Source: Cirrosporium novae-zelandiae
Taxonomy: Eukaryota
Direction: 5' to 3'
Assembly: GCA_026023565.1 (NCBI GenBank)
Contig: JAPETS010000002.1
Location: forward strand, 124,001-188,000
Length of the DNA stretch: 64,000 bases
The notes beneath the pieces were generated by a model, which was given only the letters and a program-made list of their open reading frames with translations, was not told the DNA's origin and did not search any database. Shown piece after piece: positions 36,120 to 48,923 of this stretch (the first letter of the stretch is position 1; every line of letters begins with the position of its first letter). The position numbers and the translations under genes are program-made.

Positions 36120-39100
36120 AAACTCAGCAGCGCAATGCCCTTTACGATACCAATGTTGGCGTTTTATGAAAACAGGGAAATAGGGATGACAAGTCCATGG
36201 ATGCATCTCCTGGGTGTGCGAAAAGTGCGCTTTTTTCGATGGAGGGTTTTAAGTACGAGAGGAGCTGGAATCCTACTAAACCATACAAACCTACCCATAT
36301 TCAACTTCCAATGTTTATATATCCAACCTTTTCATCATTTACATCATTTTTGTGGATTTAAGAAGTGTTACGCATTCTTATGTTGTGACAATCACCCCCA
36401 AACACAATAGCTGGTGGTCGATCGATCGATCGTTTCTCCAGCCACGATTTCTGTTATTGACCATATTACAACTAGCTCCCGAAGGAGCCATCTCTCTTCT
36501 GATAATTATGGTGGTATATTGATGATTCTTTGCAATGCAGCCCAAGTTCTGTCACTCGCTGCCGGTGTTGCATACACCACGAACAAGCTTACGCGTTATC
36601 TGATTGATGAAGGAACCAAAGTCTTTAAGGCATGCGTATTTCTGTTACTCCTCTTACTCGGTTCTGAACCGCGCCTTCTTCGGTTACAGCTGCTATCTAC
36701 CTGTCTATCAATGATGGATAGTAAACGAGGAAAGCAGGGGGGAGCTCCGAAGAGCTCTATTTTTTACAACGACGATGACGATGATATGCCTTTTTATCTT
36801 CTATACCCAAATACTACAAATCATCAATATAACCATTTATTTACGATTTTGGGGGGGGTCTTATACGGATTCCCGCCACCACTACCACTACTATGCTACA
36901 GCTAAGTACAATTTAGTTAATTCATCAGATATCAGACATCAAAAATAAATGTCCGGGTTCCGGCTTTCAGAAATAGTGTTCTATACTAAGCGGGTTTTAT
37001 ACTGCAATGGAAGATGAAAGGTAGATTTAAGCACTTAATTAAATGAGGTAAGAGTAGTATAGATGTGATTGCTAATTATTCGACGATTAGCTAACGTTCT
37101 TACTCCTGTGCCAAAAGAAATCCTAAACACATTATTAGATAAAAAAAAAGCCACACAAGTTAGTTAAACCTATCCATCTCCTTCTCTCAGTTTCTAACTA
37201 AACCTCATTTTTTTGTTTTTTTGTTTTTTTTTTGTGCCCGATCTCACACCCGTTCGTTTATTTCGATAGGTGGGAGGGGCAGAATTTTTTTTAAAAAAGA
37301 TAACGTGGGGTGGGTGGGTGGGTGGGGCACATATGACAGGTTCTGTGTACATGTACAGCATATAAGCCTTCGGCATAACCGCAAGCCCTTTTCTTTCGCT
37401 CGTTTGTTTGTAATGTCAGTTTAGTTAGTCGGTTATGCTGTTATGCATCCCCTATAGGAAAGAGTAGGAGAGAGAGAAAGAAAGAAAGAAAGAAAGAAAT
37501 AGGCTGGAGCCTTATTCTGTCTGGTGGTCTTTGTTTGTGTATCCCATATCCAATCCATATCCATCCATTTTATACGGTTTCTGCGGGTCTGGTTAATTTT
37601 GCTCTTTCCTTCTTTAGGAAGTATGGATAATGAACGAGTTAGATTGGATCGACCTTAGGCGTTCATGAGCTATCATCTGTGGGTGTAATGGTGATGGAGG
37701 TGGTGAGTAGTTTTTGCTTGGTGAGAGGGAGGAGAGCAGAGCAGCACAACAGTTAGGGATAGGGAGACGGAGATTCTTTTTCTTTGAAGTGGGCGTTCAT
37801 ATGGAGGTAGGTGTATGCGAGAGCCAATAATGAGTGAGTCACTTCTGGGTGCTTCCGACGAATAGTATTTCGGGCTCGAATTTTAAGTTGCAGGACAGAT
37901 CTCTATATCGAATCAGTCCTCTCCGTCTGTGATAAAGTTTGACATTATCTTTTTGGGATTTAATCCGAATTACTCACTGGTTAGCCTTGAATGGACTAAT
38001 AGGTGCGAACCGTTAGAATGAACCCAGAAGCTAACCCGATATCCTTTTGCATGTCTCCGATCGAATGCTAAACAAAGGTGAGTATGACCAAAAACGGATG
38101 CTGCATTTGTTCTAAAGGCCCCGTAAGAACGAAAAGAGAAGTGTGAAACTTCCCTCTTTAGGTATATGGAAGAGGATGTTCAGACCCAAACATGCTTAAT
38201 TCGAGATCTATTCTGGACCACCAGCGGAAAGGCCGAGGGATCCGAAATGTAGCAAGAACGGATGTGTGGTAGTAGTGCATGCACTTAACCGCTTTCAAAT
38301 CAGCGTGACAGGGCAGTAGGATTTAAATCAGCCTTACGTGGTTGTATCTGGAGCTTATTTCTGTTTCGAGGTTTGATCTACCTACCTACTGTAGGTAGTC
38401 GGTGAGTGCCGAGGGCGAGATGGAGGTCACTTGCTTGTGTATAGTAAGTGTAACCCTATTAATATCAGATATGTTTGATATATCAACTCCACGATATGAA
38501 TATGCGAGACGTCAGATGGAAGGGAGGGAGGTCGGGGGGGTTCCTCCCTCATGGTAGATAATCCATTTTCCCTTAATTCTCCTATTGATTTGTTTCTTTG
38601 CTCCTTGGGTTTAAGGGTTTAAAAGGGATCATTGTTCCTGCTTAGGAAACTCGGTTCATTGATGGGATCCTTCTCAGGGTACTTGCAGGTGCTCTCTTAG
38701 TACAGCACATCCGCCATATGCCATAGAAGGCTTGTCTAGGTTTTTTTTATTCGAACAAGCAGAGCCTCAAGATGACATGCCTTATCATGGGCCTATTTTT
38801 CTTGTTCTGGTGCATGTCGCCTCAGTTCTCCGATGTAAGGGATTGGGGCCTTTCAGTTCGAAAAAAATCCCTTGGACCACGTGGCTATTTTTAAAATGCA
38901 ACCCGGAGTACAGGTGAAGGAAGTGAGATTTTGAAACAACCGTATCATCCCATGGATACATTCAACGGTACGAACTATAATGCAACAGCTTTTTTGGCTT
39001 TTGGGGAGGTAAGCAGTCGTTTCTAGATTAATCCAGCATGGACAGTAATTGACAGTAAGCAGACATTTGTTGTATCACCACCAAAACCCCCACTTCGGTT

Positions 39101-40775
39101 CCACCAAGGCGAACCCCCTTCAAGAAGGTCCCTTGAACGTCCCCAGATATTCTTCCAACTCCTCGAACGTTTTAAATATCGGTTATTGCCTCAAAGGGTG
39201 CCGGTACCTGTAATGATCAGGTCATGGCATGGTCATTATCTGCCACCACTTCCTTTAGAAGACTTGAGATGAGATGAGGGAAAGCGGGAAGTCTCTCCTG
39301 GCTGACCCTTCATCATTCAGCATCCATCCTTTTGAACAAATGAAATACACAAAGCTATTTAAATTATATACCTTGACAACCCCCCTGCTCTAGTATCCAA
39401 GCTCCAGCCTTATATTTTCGTTCCACGATCTTTGCCATAATTTGGCTATTCTTGTTGAGAATCCCTGATGTAATCTGTCATAATCATGTAGTGATTCTCC
39501 ATTAGCTAATTGTATTTCGTACAGTGTAACACTCGGTAGGGCTCCGGGAACATTCCGCGGGTAACAGTATCTACTTAGGATCATGGACCTATATCTTTCT
39601 TTTCCAGATCCTCCAGAAACCCTAAAATTGCTTTTATGTCCAAGAAACGCATACTGAAATCTGACCATAACCACAAGCATATTGTGACTACTCTAGGGGC
39701 AACTTCCACATGCTCACTATGCCCGGTTTCTCCGTATGAGAGCGAACGACAAGCCACCTTGGCTAAGTAGTATCTAATCATCCAACGTCATTGTGATTAA
39801 ATCCAAATTTAGTATACACTAGGCAACAGTTATCAGCCCTTCATAGATACATGATGACAAAGAGGCATGAATGATTGCCCAGTCATAGCCTTGGCAAATA
39901 GATATCCTATACTTGTCCTGTGCAAAGGATAAGAATTGAATATGTTCATGTAACGGGCTGTATTGCTGAGATTGTCAAGTGAGCGGAATACAACTTATTT
40001 GTATCCGTGAGATATTACGTTGTAGCGCAGACTTTCTGCAGAGAAGGACCGCTTCGGTAAGGGTAGGATTTATTCGTTCGAAGGAATGTCAGGCCTCACG
40101 TTCCACACAAAAGACTGAATGCACCTAGATTGCTATCCGTTGGCGGCCTTCAGTAAAAGGCCCACTCAAATGGATCTTAACACTTCGGAGCATTGCGTTG
40201 ATAATTGAGTCTTGGTTTTATACGGCGCTGCCGTCGTATTTGTAGATAAATCAAAAACCAGATATATACCTACCGCATGTGCAAATTTGGAAAGAGTCCA
40301 GAGGAGCAGCTATCATTAGACGTATTTCTTGTATGAGCCTTTCTTGGTCAAATAGGTGTGTACCTGATGCAGTAAAGGAGACCATCTAAAGACACAAGTT
40401 ATTTCAACTCGCCGGAATAGATCCAGCAATGGAGTATGACTAGTATAAGCAAGAAGAAGAAAGAAAAAATATCCAGCTAGAAAGAAGTTCCTTCATGATC
40501 AACACAACACCTAAGAGGCTGCTTTACATGTCCCCCTTTCATCAGCAAAGGTTGAAAAAGCGCTTTTAGGTTTCGACGCAAGCGGTTCGCTCAGTATTAT
40601 CCCCAAGTACTGACCAAAACCCCTTTAACCCGCACCTCTATATGACATATATCAAAAGAGTCATCCTTCCGGGTCTAATAGTAACATAATCTTTTATATC
40701 ATGTCAGATAAAGTTCCACCCGAAAGAGTTCCTTTTAGTATAAAATTTACTAGAATTTTAGAGAGAAATTCCTCG

Positions 40776-41498
40776 TTAAGAAGAGGAAGAATAGGATTTC
40801 GAACTTTTCTCGTGAATTCGACGTGCATGATCTTTCATATTGTCGACCCTGCTAAATACCCTTGCACACCCTTCCCATAAGCAAGGGACTTTAGGATCAT
40901 GTTTTGCCTCGTGTCTTGCTCGGTCTTTAGTCGTGGAGAAGCCACCTTGAGTCGCTTGGGGACAGTCCTTACGTCGACAGAAGAGGGTGCGACTGTGTCG
41001 CTTGTAATGTTTCCGAAGGTCGCAGCCACGGGTGAATATAGCTTGCGAAGTGCAGCCGGGATAGGCACAGCGCCAAGTACCATCTGAGCCAAGAACTCCA
41101 TAGCTATGAAGATCTCCTGGTGTTGGAGAGGCGTTGCGGGAGGGGAATGGGGAGTGAGATTGGGATTCAGGACTGAGTTGGAAACAAGACTGGTCCATTG
41201 GGGTAGATAAATCGGGAACGCTAATTATACTCAGATTGGGTACCATGTAATATAATGTTTCTGGCGTTGGAGGAGTTGGATATTGGAGGGGCATGTCTAT
41301 TGACGGCGCTGGTATTGTCTCTTTTTCAAATGCCCATAGCAGCTCCGGGGCAAAGGCTTGCTGGCCCAAGTCTCCGAAATCAGATTCGAAATCGTAGGAC
41401 GTCATCGACTCTTGCGATTGAAATAGCCTTCTTGTATGCTCCTCATCGCCCATCAGCGCTCTTTCGGCTTCATCTGAAAAGAAGCTTGACATATTCAT
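40776..41498 (-). CDS. C2H2 zinc-finger transcription factor with three C-terminal fingers (about 240 aa)
   Basis: CAYPGC...FTRGCDLRKHYKRH; FCRRKDC...FSTTKDRARHEAKH; CLWEGCARVFSRVDNMKDHARRIH; acidic and Pro/Ser-rich N-terminus. Start placed at the first ATG (MNMSSFF). Confidence 0.88.
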   Translation of the reverse strand: MNMSSFFSDEAERALMGDEEHTRRLFQSQESMTSYDFESDFGDLGQQAFAPELLWAFEKETIPAPSIDMPLQYPTPPTPETLYYMVPNLSIISVPDLSTPMDQSCFQLSPESQSHSPFPSRNASPTPGDLHSYGVLGSDGTWRCAYPGCTSQAIFTRGCDLRKHYKRHSRTLFCRRKDCPQATQGGFSTTKDRARHEAKHDPKVPCLWEGCARVFSRVDNMKDHARRIHEKSSKSYSSSS

Positions 41499-43758
41499 GG
41501 TTACTTGAAAACTGAGTTGATCTGTGAAGAGTGGATGCAAATGAAGAATGGACTGAAGGAAGCAAAGAGTAAATATAAAAGCAATGTACGAGAGTCGCGA
41601 TGGCTCACAAAGTAATAGGTTAAGGTAATGTCGACTGATATTAAGGTACACTTTGCCTGACCATAAGATGATATAAAATATTTGATACTTCGGGGAAGTG
41701 GATATATGAATGATGGGGAAGTAACTCGATCCTTACCATGATATAGACAAATACAAGGGGTTGACCAGCATCTAACCGGAATATTAGTCAAAAATAAGAT
41801 CACTAAACGGGGTTGTCATCGATGAATAGGTCCTCATAGCATAAGGCCAATCCAATGACCCAGCAGAACACAGAGATTGATCGGTCGGGATTAACTCTGG
41901 TTGTCTTGAGTTGAATGTGTAGGTCTCAAACCCTCTGTCAGACGGGGCTGTGTCTTGGCTTCTACAGGAGCTGAACATGTCTGCCTGATGAATCATGGAT
42001 GGAGAACTGCAACAAGTAATAAGCGAGTGAGGATAACTTGACAAGACGATATAGCTTTAAATGTAAAAAAAGCATCCCTCCAATTCAAGATACAACATAA
42101 CTAGCAATGTTAAAGCGAATTTCTCCAAGCAAACCTCTAAAATTAAGACAGCCCAAATTGATCTGGGATATCTTCTAATATTTTTTTCACAACTTTGATA
42201 AGAGAAGAGGCAATCTGTAATGAAACTTTGGTGATCATCTAAATGGTGGAAGGTAGAAGTGGTAGACTCAATACCCTGGAGTTCAAAGACGTTGAAGGTA
42301 ACTGAACCTTGTTGATGTGATCTTACTGTAACCTCTAGCTGAAGTTTCTAACGGTGAAGATATTTTTTCTAGTCAACAGTGGCAGGAAGGTTGCACAAAA
42401 GATACCCGTTCGGGATGTACGTTCTGGGAGATAATAGAGCCCTATGATGCAGGGCCGAAGTCAGGTTAGTAGTTAAGGAAAATTAACAATGCGTCAAACG
42501 GAGCCCAAGGTGCATACCTGGGGTTACTAAAAGATATCGAATGTGGACTGTTGTTACCATAGGAGATGCAAATTAGAGCAAACATAACAATCCATCAGGG
42601 CCGAATGAAGAAGTTCCATCTCCTTTCCCTAAAAAATGGTCGCTTCTTGGTGGCGGCTTGCTTCTACGTAAATGTCCGTCCGTGATATCTTATGACTGGT
42701 AGTCTGCAACCATCCACAGTTATCATGTAGTTATACAGCAACTTCTCTCCTCCGAAACCCATCATATACTCATACCTGGGAAGATCCCGAGGAACAGATG
42801 ACAGAGACCAGAATTTGAAAGAAAAATATAAGGGTCACCTGATGCTTCAATGCCCTAGCACGACTTGTCTAGTTTTAGCTTGTTCCTGATCAAACCTGCA
42901 TCGTTACCCTCGACTTTAGAGTTTGAATCTTGGAGCCTCGGGGATAGCTTTGAACGGTTACTTGTGTAAGCCTCAAGTCAATAGGAGTGGCAGAAAGGCT
43001 CCGAGTGTAACATAGGATTGATCAGTTGGTGGAAAGGCGCGGCAAACCCGTGTTTGGTATGAGTGTATCCCCGCATAAATTTCGAAGAAAACTTATTCAG
43101 ACCGACTCATAAAGAACGAGACACAAAAGATATGATCTTAATGCGGAGACTACGGCAGGGCGCCTAAAACCAAGCATGATTAACAACAAAAGAGAAGATT
43201 TTTGGAGATTGTGTGGAAGACCGAATGTCGAGTTGTGTCCCGTGTATGTCTAGTTAAGATTTAGACTAACCATCATCTCGGTTCCTCTTCCCAGAGTGGA
43301 TCATTCCCCCAAAACAATTACCATTAAGGTAGTTATTAACCTCCAGGAACACCCAATCATGCGCTTCATTGTACATGTACATATACCAGCTAAGTAAAAG
43401 AAAAATAATAGAACTAATAAGAATCGTCTCTAAAACCACCCTCTTATCCTCACTTTCCCGCGAGAATAGGAACTAACGCCACACCTTCATCCCCAGGGAA
43501 CCGAAATAGAATCGTTTACAGGCAACGCTACACTTTAAGCACCCAGAAGGCCTCCCAGGAAGCGTACCTATCTCTCTCTCTATGGATGATCTTGTCTAGG
43601 TCTATCCGTCTCCTCCGTAATCTAGTGTTGTATGTACCAGTGGGGGTTAATGCAATGACAAAGACACTGTATGATGCCAATCACATAGCTCTCCAGTATT
43701 CGAGTAAAGGGATGTTCATGAGCGCGTAAAAGGGTTGAACAAAGGAGACATTTTAGCA

Positions 43759-46067
43759 TCATTGGTTGCTGCTAGGTGCTGGTTTTAATCCCGGCAACGA
43801 TAGCCATGGTTTTTGGCCTCCCATCTTTGACGCGCCAAAATTTTCATCCAAATCTAGGATTATCTTAAGGGCATTTCGACTCCTAAGGTAAGGTAGTGGG
43901 GCTTTCGCCTCCTGCAGTCCCACACTTGGCTCAAGCTGTCCGGGTGCTGGTCGGGGAATTTCTGCTTCTTGGCTACCTGGCATTGGTAGCCACTTCTGAA
44001 GCACTTCATATGCAGCCAAGGTAAATCCGAATTGAGGAGATGATCTGAGAATTCGTGCTGGTCCCCCTTTGAAGAAAGCGGTGAAACCTTCTTCACGCCA
44101 AACCGTTTTGGCGCAATGACGGAGAGAAGTGTAACTTGTTTCTCCTTTTCTTGCTTCAACCTGTAGCCGAGTTTTAATCACATCGCAAGGCGTGGTGAAG
44201 TAGGCTGCAGGCATGCCAGCAATAGCGCCCGCTGTCAAAAGCTGAAGGACACCAAGCCTCTTAGTAGGGCTTTCACCGAACAGATCTGTTTTAAGATGAC
44301 TGTAGGACGGGAAATAAATCGCAGAAAACGGGACTACCATCTTGTCAGTACCCAAAAGTGTGATAAAGGTAAATTTCCACTAACCATCTCGAAGGAGACA
44401 AGCACTAGCGCCCTTGTATAGACCCATTAAGCCAAGATTTCGTACAATCCACATTGCTGATCTCCTAGGCGCGCTCTCACTGCTTTTGGCGATCTCGCCC
44501 TGCACTTGCAACCGAATCTTGACGATTTCTAGAGGATTGGTGAAAATCTAGAAGAAAAAGATTAGCACCCTGCTCCACTGAAACCAAGGGCCAAACATAG
44601 ACAAGACATACTACTTGACAGGCTCCAGCTGATCCGCCAGCAAGAAGTTCATATGGCCACCACACTTGTCCCGTTTTCTTATCCTTGTAATGACCGCGCA
44701 CTAGATCATTGACTGTGAGCTTGATGGCCTTTTCAGGAGCCACGCCAATTAATTGCGGGAGGACCCCTGAATACAGGCCCATAAAGCCTTCGTTTTTAAT
44801 AACCTTCCTTGCACAATCCAAGGAATTCTTGTATAACTTTTGTCCAACTTGCTGACTTCTCTGATTTTGCATTCGAGTTTTCACCAAGTCAATAGGATAA
44901 ACCATGAGTGCTCCAAAGGCACCTGCAATACTCCCCAAACCGAAGTGATGTACCGATTCCAACACACTGTGTAAAAGTTTCTTTCCGGTGGTGACCGTAT
45001 GTTTAGCAGCTTCTGTAGCGACGCTTGCGGCTCCGGTTCCGAAGCCATACGCATTATGCCATGAAGCATCCAATACCTTAGCAAAATCGGCGAGGCCCAG
45101 CCTCCCCGATGGTTCGTCCAATCCAGCAAAGTGAAATAGAATATCTGCTTCCATTGGAGTGAATAGAGAAAACCGAGTCAGACGAGCAGCTTCATTGAGG
45201 AAGTCGTGCTTTGTAATCTTGCCATCTGCACTTTTCTGGGTTGCATTCCGAACAATCATGTCGACAAGGTCCACCTCCCGTATAAGGTTTTGAAAGGCCC
45301 GTACATTCGCATACGAGATTTTGGTCCCCGTTGATATATTGCACAATGTAGGCAAGTTCTCTAGGATGTAATCGGAGAGCTTGTGCCTTGAAGTCTCTAA
45401 AATGATACGCTGAAAGTCTTCCGGTTCTATGTAACCGTCCCCGTCTTTGTCAAACAAATGAAAAGCCTGACGAACCCTTTCTCCCTGTAGGCCTCGGAGC
45501 ATTTGTGAAAATTGATGATAGGTCATATCATGCCTTCTCTTCTTTCCGCCCAGATATAGAGACGCCCATTCGCAATTCCAATCAAAGGGTATACCATCAC
45601 TACTCTTATTGAGGTCGTAAAGCTTCTGAAAGTTCTCGAAGGATACAGTACCCGTTCCATCAACGTCGAACAATCTGAATGCGATTTCGTATTCAGCATC
45701 TGGCTTAGCCAGCAAGTTCTCGAAGCAAGCCCAATCATGGATGTTTATTTTGCCCTCCCGGCGTCGGTCGGCCACTTGAAAGAGGATTGCGTATTGTTCG
45801 CGCTTGATCTTATGCTAATCGAAAGATGATAATTAGCTCCAACGGGTAGTTGACAAGGAACATGGGGGGTTGGGTTGCTGGGCTTACGTAGTCCTCGTGT
45901 TGGGGCGCAATGGCTGTAATAAATTCATCCTCCGTCATCGATAACTCCCCGCTCTCATCATCTTTGCGGGCATGCTTATCAAAGTTGGCTTTGATCTGTT
46001 GCGACAACTGCGGTTCTCTGGTCATTCCCAAGAGAGAGTCCTTTATCGAACCTGTCCCGGGCGCCAT
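43759..46067 (-). CDS. AGC1: Ca2+-binding mitochondrial aspartate/glutamate carrier (Aralar/citrin type); exons 46067-45888, 45814-44612, 44547-44385, 44333-43759
   Basis: N-terminal EF-hands ([30 protein letters not shown]); carrier repeats [47 protein letters not shown] and [14 protein letters not shown]. Confidence 0.95.
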
Positions 46068-46856
46068 GTTTGTTTATTAAAGTTTTAGATATTCAATTCA
46101 GGGATACAATTTTGGAGCTCCCAATGCGCCTATATAAGGTGACGGAAGGGGTCTTGACCGATAATCGGAGCAGACGCAGGGCCCATGAACGAGTGACACT
46201 GGATCAGGCACTTGTGGTAGAAATGAAGTGAATATGAATATGGTAGCCGGAGCTGTGAGAGGCCAGGTTTAACGAGATTAACTGAAGATTTGACCAAGTA
46301 TTATTGAGATGTGAAGGAATTTTTCGGGCTGAGGGATGAAAGACTGATTAATAAAAATTATTCTGCTTGAAAGCTCGATAATGGAGTTAAGCAGCCCCAA
46401 CAGGATTAGAGAGAGATATCAGACGGAGCCGAACCCCAGGTTTGCCCGAGATATTTGAAGAAGTCGAAGGTGGAGATTCCTTGTGGATATTTTTTTGGGT
46501 CCTAAAAAAAAGGATCTAAGAAGCTCCACAACGACCAAGGAGGACGATGAGAAATAAACTTGGCGGTAATTATCGGATAAAGTTTTGGTAACATCATTGT
46601 ACACAGTCACCAATAAGCGTTGTGTCAAGGTTTTTTTTTGGTCTTGATTAAAAAGGGAAATTTCTAGCTGGACGATGTGCTAAGCAAGCTGGGTCAGTGT
46701 GTAACGGTAGGAAAATCTAGTAAATACCTAAATTAAATTAAAGTAAAGTAAGAAGCTGAAAAAAAAAAAGTGAAGCTGAAATTAAGTAAATCCAACTTTG
46801 CTTTTTTTCTCTCTCTTCTTGTTACCCGAAGTGAAATACATCAACCGTGGCGAAGA

Positions 46857-46920
46857 AACTTGGGGCCAACTGAGGCCAACTGGGGGCAACTGGGGGCAAC
46901 TGAGGGGACTTGAGGACTGG
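46857..46920. repeat. Degenerate 10-mer repeat (TGRGGSCAAC)x4-5 in the intergenic region upstream of AGC1
   Basis: TGGGGCCAAC TGAGGCCAAC TGGGGGCAAC TGGGGGCAAC TGAGGGGACT. Confidence 0.85.
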
Positions 46921-47599
46921 GGGGGAAGGGGGAAAAGTCGACAATGCTATCAGTCCGTCCTTCTTTTCCCATTCCCCCCCTTGCTCCAACCAAGGTCAAA
47001 ATGCGCTTCGGTACGTTTCGGACACCATCAACTCATGTTCCGAAATAAACCCTGATGATGCAGTATTGTGACAATGTCATTCGTGTGAATCGTGTCAATT
47101 TGAGCCATTAAATAAACAAACTTTCCGCGTGTCCAGTGGCGATTTCATAAGTAGACTGGTTCAGATTTATGGGTAAAGGGGTAGAAAGCCTATAGAAACA
47201 AGGGGGGGAGAGTTCTAAGGAGGTGAGGTAGCTTGCTTATCTTGTGTAAGCTGGGCGGTCTTCTGTTCTGTTTTGCCGTTCTCTCCCACCTTTTTGACCT
47301 TTTGAAGAGGCACGCGCAACAAATACCAACATCAACATGATCAGGGAACCATGAGGAAAATACGACAGCCAGTTCAGTGGAGATGATCTCTTGAGGAGCA
47401 AAGGAAAAGAATTTATTAAATAATTGCAATAACCCTACAAAGTCATCTCCCCTGAACAACTTCTCCGCACTTTGAATCATTCGACATTATTCAGAACTCG
47501 TCAGAACTCCTCCCAACTCGGTTTACTCCGCCATTTCCCCAGAAAAAGCCGTCCGCAAAGCCGAATCCATAGCGAGTAAGGCGTGAGTGTCCTTTTGAG

Positions 47600-47658
47600 C
47601 ACTGGTCACTGGTCACTGGGCACCGGGCACCGGGCATAGGGCATAGGGCACAGAGCAC
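47600..47658. repeat. Stepwise-mutating 7-mer array
   Basis: CACTGGT CACTGGT CACTGGG CACCGGG CACCGGG CATAGGG CATAGGG CACAGAG CAC. Confidence 0.85.
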
Positions 47659-48539
47659 CGACTTACCGAGCACAGATCAAGGGGTGGATTGGATTGATTG
47701 ATTACCTAGGTAATTAATTAACTCATTATTATCTATCAATTATCTATCGACTACATCAAGGTTATCTTCACTTACTGTAGATAATTAATCACTCACATCA
47801 CTCACATCACTCACGTCACTCACTAATCAGACTGAATACGGACATATATTTGAATAGTGTGGTTGAACTGCCGTCACCACCACCTACCACAATGCAGAAG
47901 ATGCACAATATTTGCATTGTTGCAAGCAGCGGTTAAGCATCAACAAGCATCAACAAGCATCAACAAGCATATCACAAAATGGATAAACCTATTAACCCTC
48001 ATATCAACTGTTGCTCGAACGTGAGGGAATCGGTTACCCACATTGGATGCAAGTCTTATCACCGTCACAACCTATTGGGCGCTTAGAATGAAATTTTCAA
48101 TCTTCTTATTCGCTTTTACCCCACCGACCACACATCAATGGTCATTTGTTCATTCTTGAGACTTCCAAGACTCCCAAGTCTATATAGCCGCTCTATTTCC
48201 TGCTCCAGTTCTTTTCTTTCTTTCTCTTCTAACAGTATCTGTTTGATCGGTTGCTATTTTCTTCTAATCTTTTCTATTTTCCGCTTATCTTGCGTTTAAC
48301 CCTAGTTGGCTGGTCCAACCTTGTGCATATTACATCATCGTCTGCTCTATCAATCATCAACAAAAGAGGAAAAAAAAACATCTTCGGTTCTTGTTGATCA
48401 AGACTACCTCATTTGTCCCTCTGCAAGTTGATCTTGCTCAAAAACTCGTTGCCCAACACCCGCACATTATTTGCATAATCATTTAATCTCACCTTCATCT
48501 CTACCACCACCACCACCACCGTCAAGACCAATATTCAAG

Positions 48540-48923
48540 ATGCTTGCCTCTCGCGCCGCAAAGCCCAAGCTCTCCCTCAGCATCTCCACCTCCGTCGCTC
48601 CTCGTCCATCTCTCTCTCTCAAGTCGCCTCTTCCACGGACACCAATTTCTCCATCTCCAATCAGCCCAACAGCACGCAATACTCGTCTCAATCAGCGTGG
48701 CTTCTCTAGCATTCAGCAGCCTACATATGCTTATGCGAACTATGGATCCAAGAAGAGCATCCTCAAGAAGGGTCAGACACCCAGCTCTGCTAGCAAACGC
48801 ATCCAGTTCCAGGGCGAGCCAACTGTGCATTGCATTACGCCTATTGAGAACGCTGATGAGTACTATGGAGGCTATACAAAGATGAGCCGCGAGGAGAGGA
48901 GATGGACACGCCGCTACGAGTGA
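48540..48923 (+). CDS. Small basic 127-aa protein of unknown function carrying SILK and RVxF (PP1-docking) motifs
   Basis: ATG in good context (TTCAAGATG), C/G-ending codon bias, TATATA at 48181 followed by a CT-rich leader; KSILKK at aa 72-77 and KRIQF at aa 86-90. Confidence 0.8.
   Translation: MLASRAAKPKLSLSISTSVAPRPSLSLKSPLPRTPISPSPISPTARNTRLNQRGFSSIQQPTYAYANYGSKKSILKKGQTPSSASKRIQFQGEPTVHCITPIENADEYYGGYTKMSREERRWTRRYE

Noticed and set aside
36414..36905. 163-aa ORF downstream of the C2H2 gene
   Set aside because: GTG start, lies in the probable 3'-UTR, no coding-like composition or recognisable homology.
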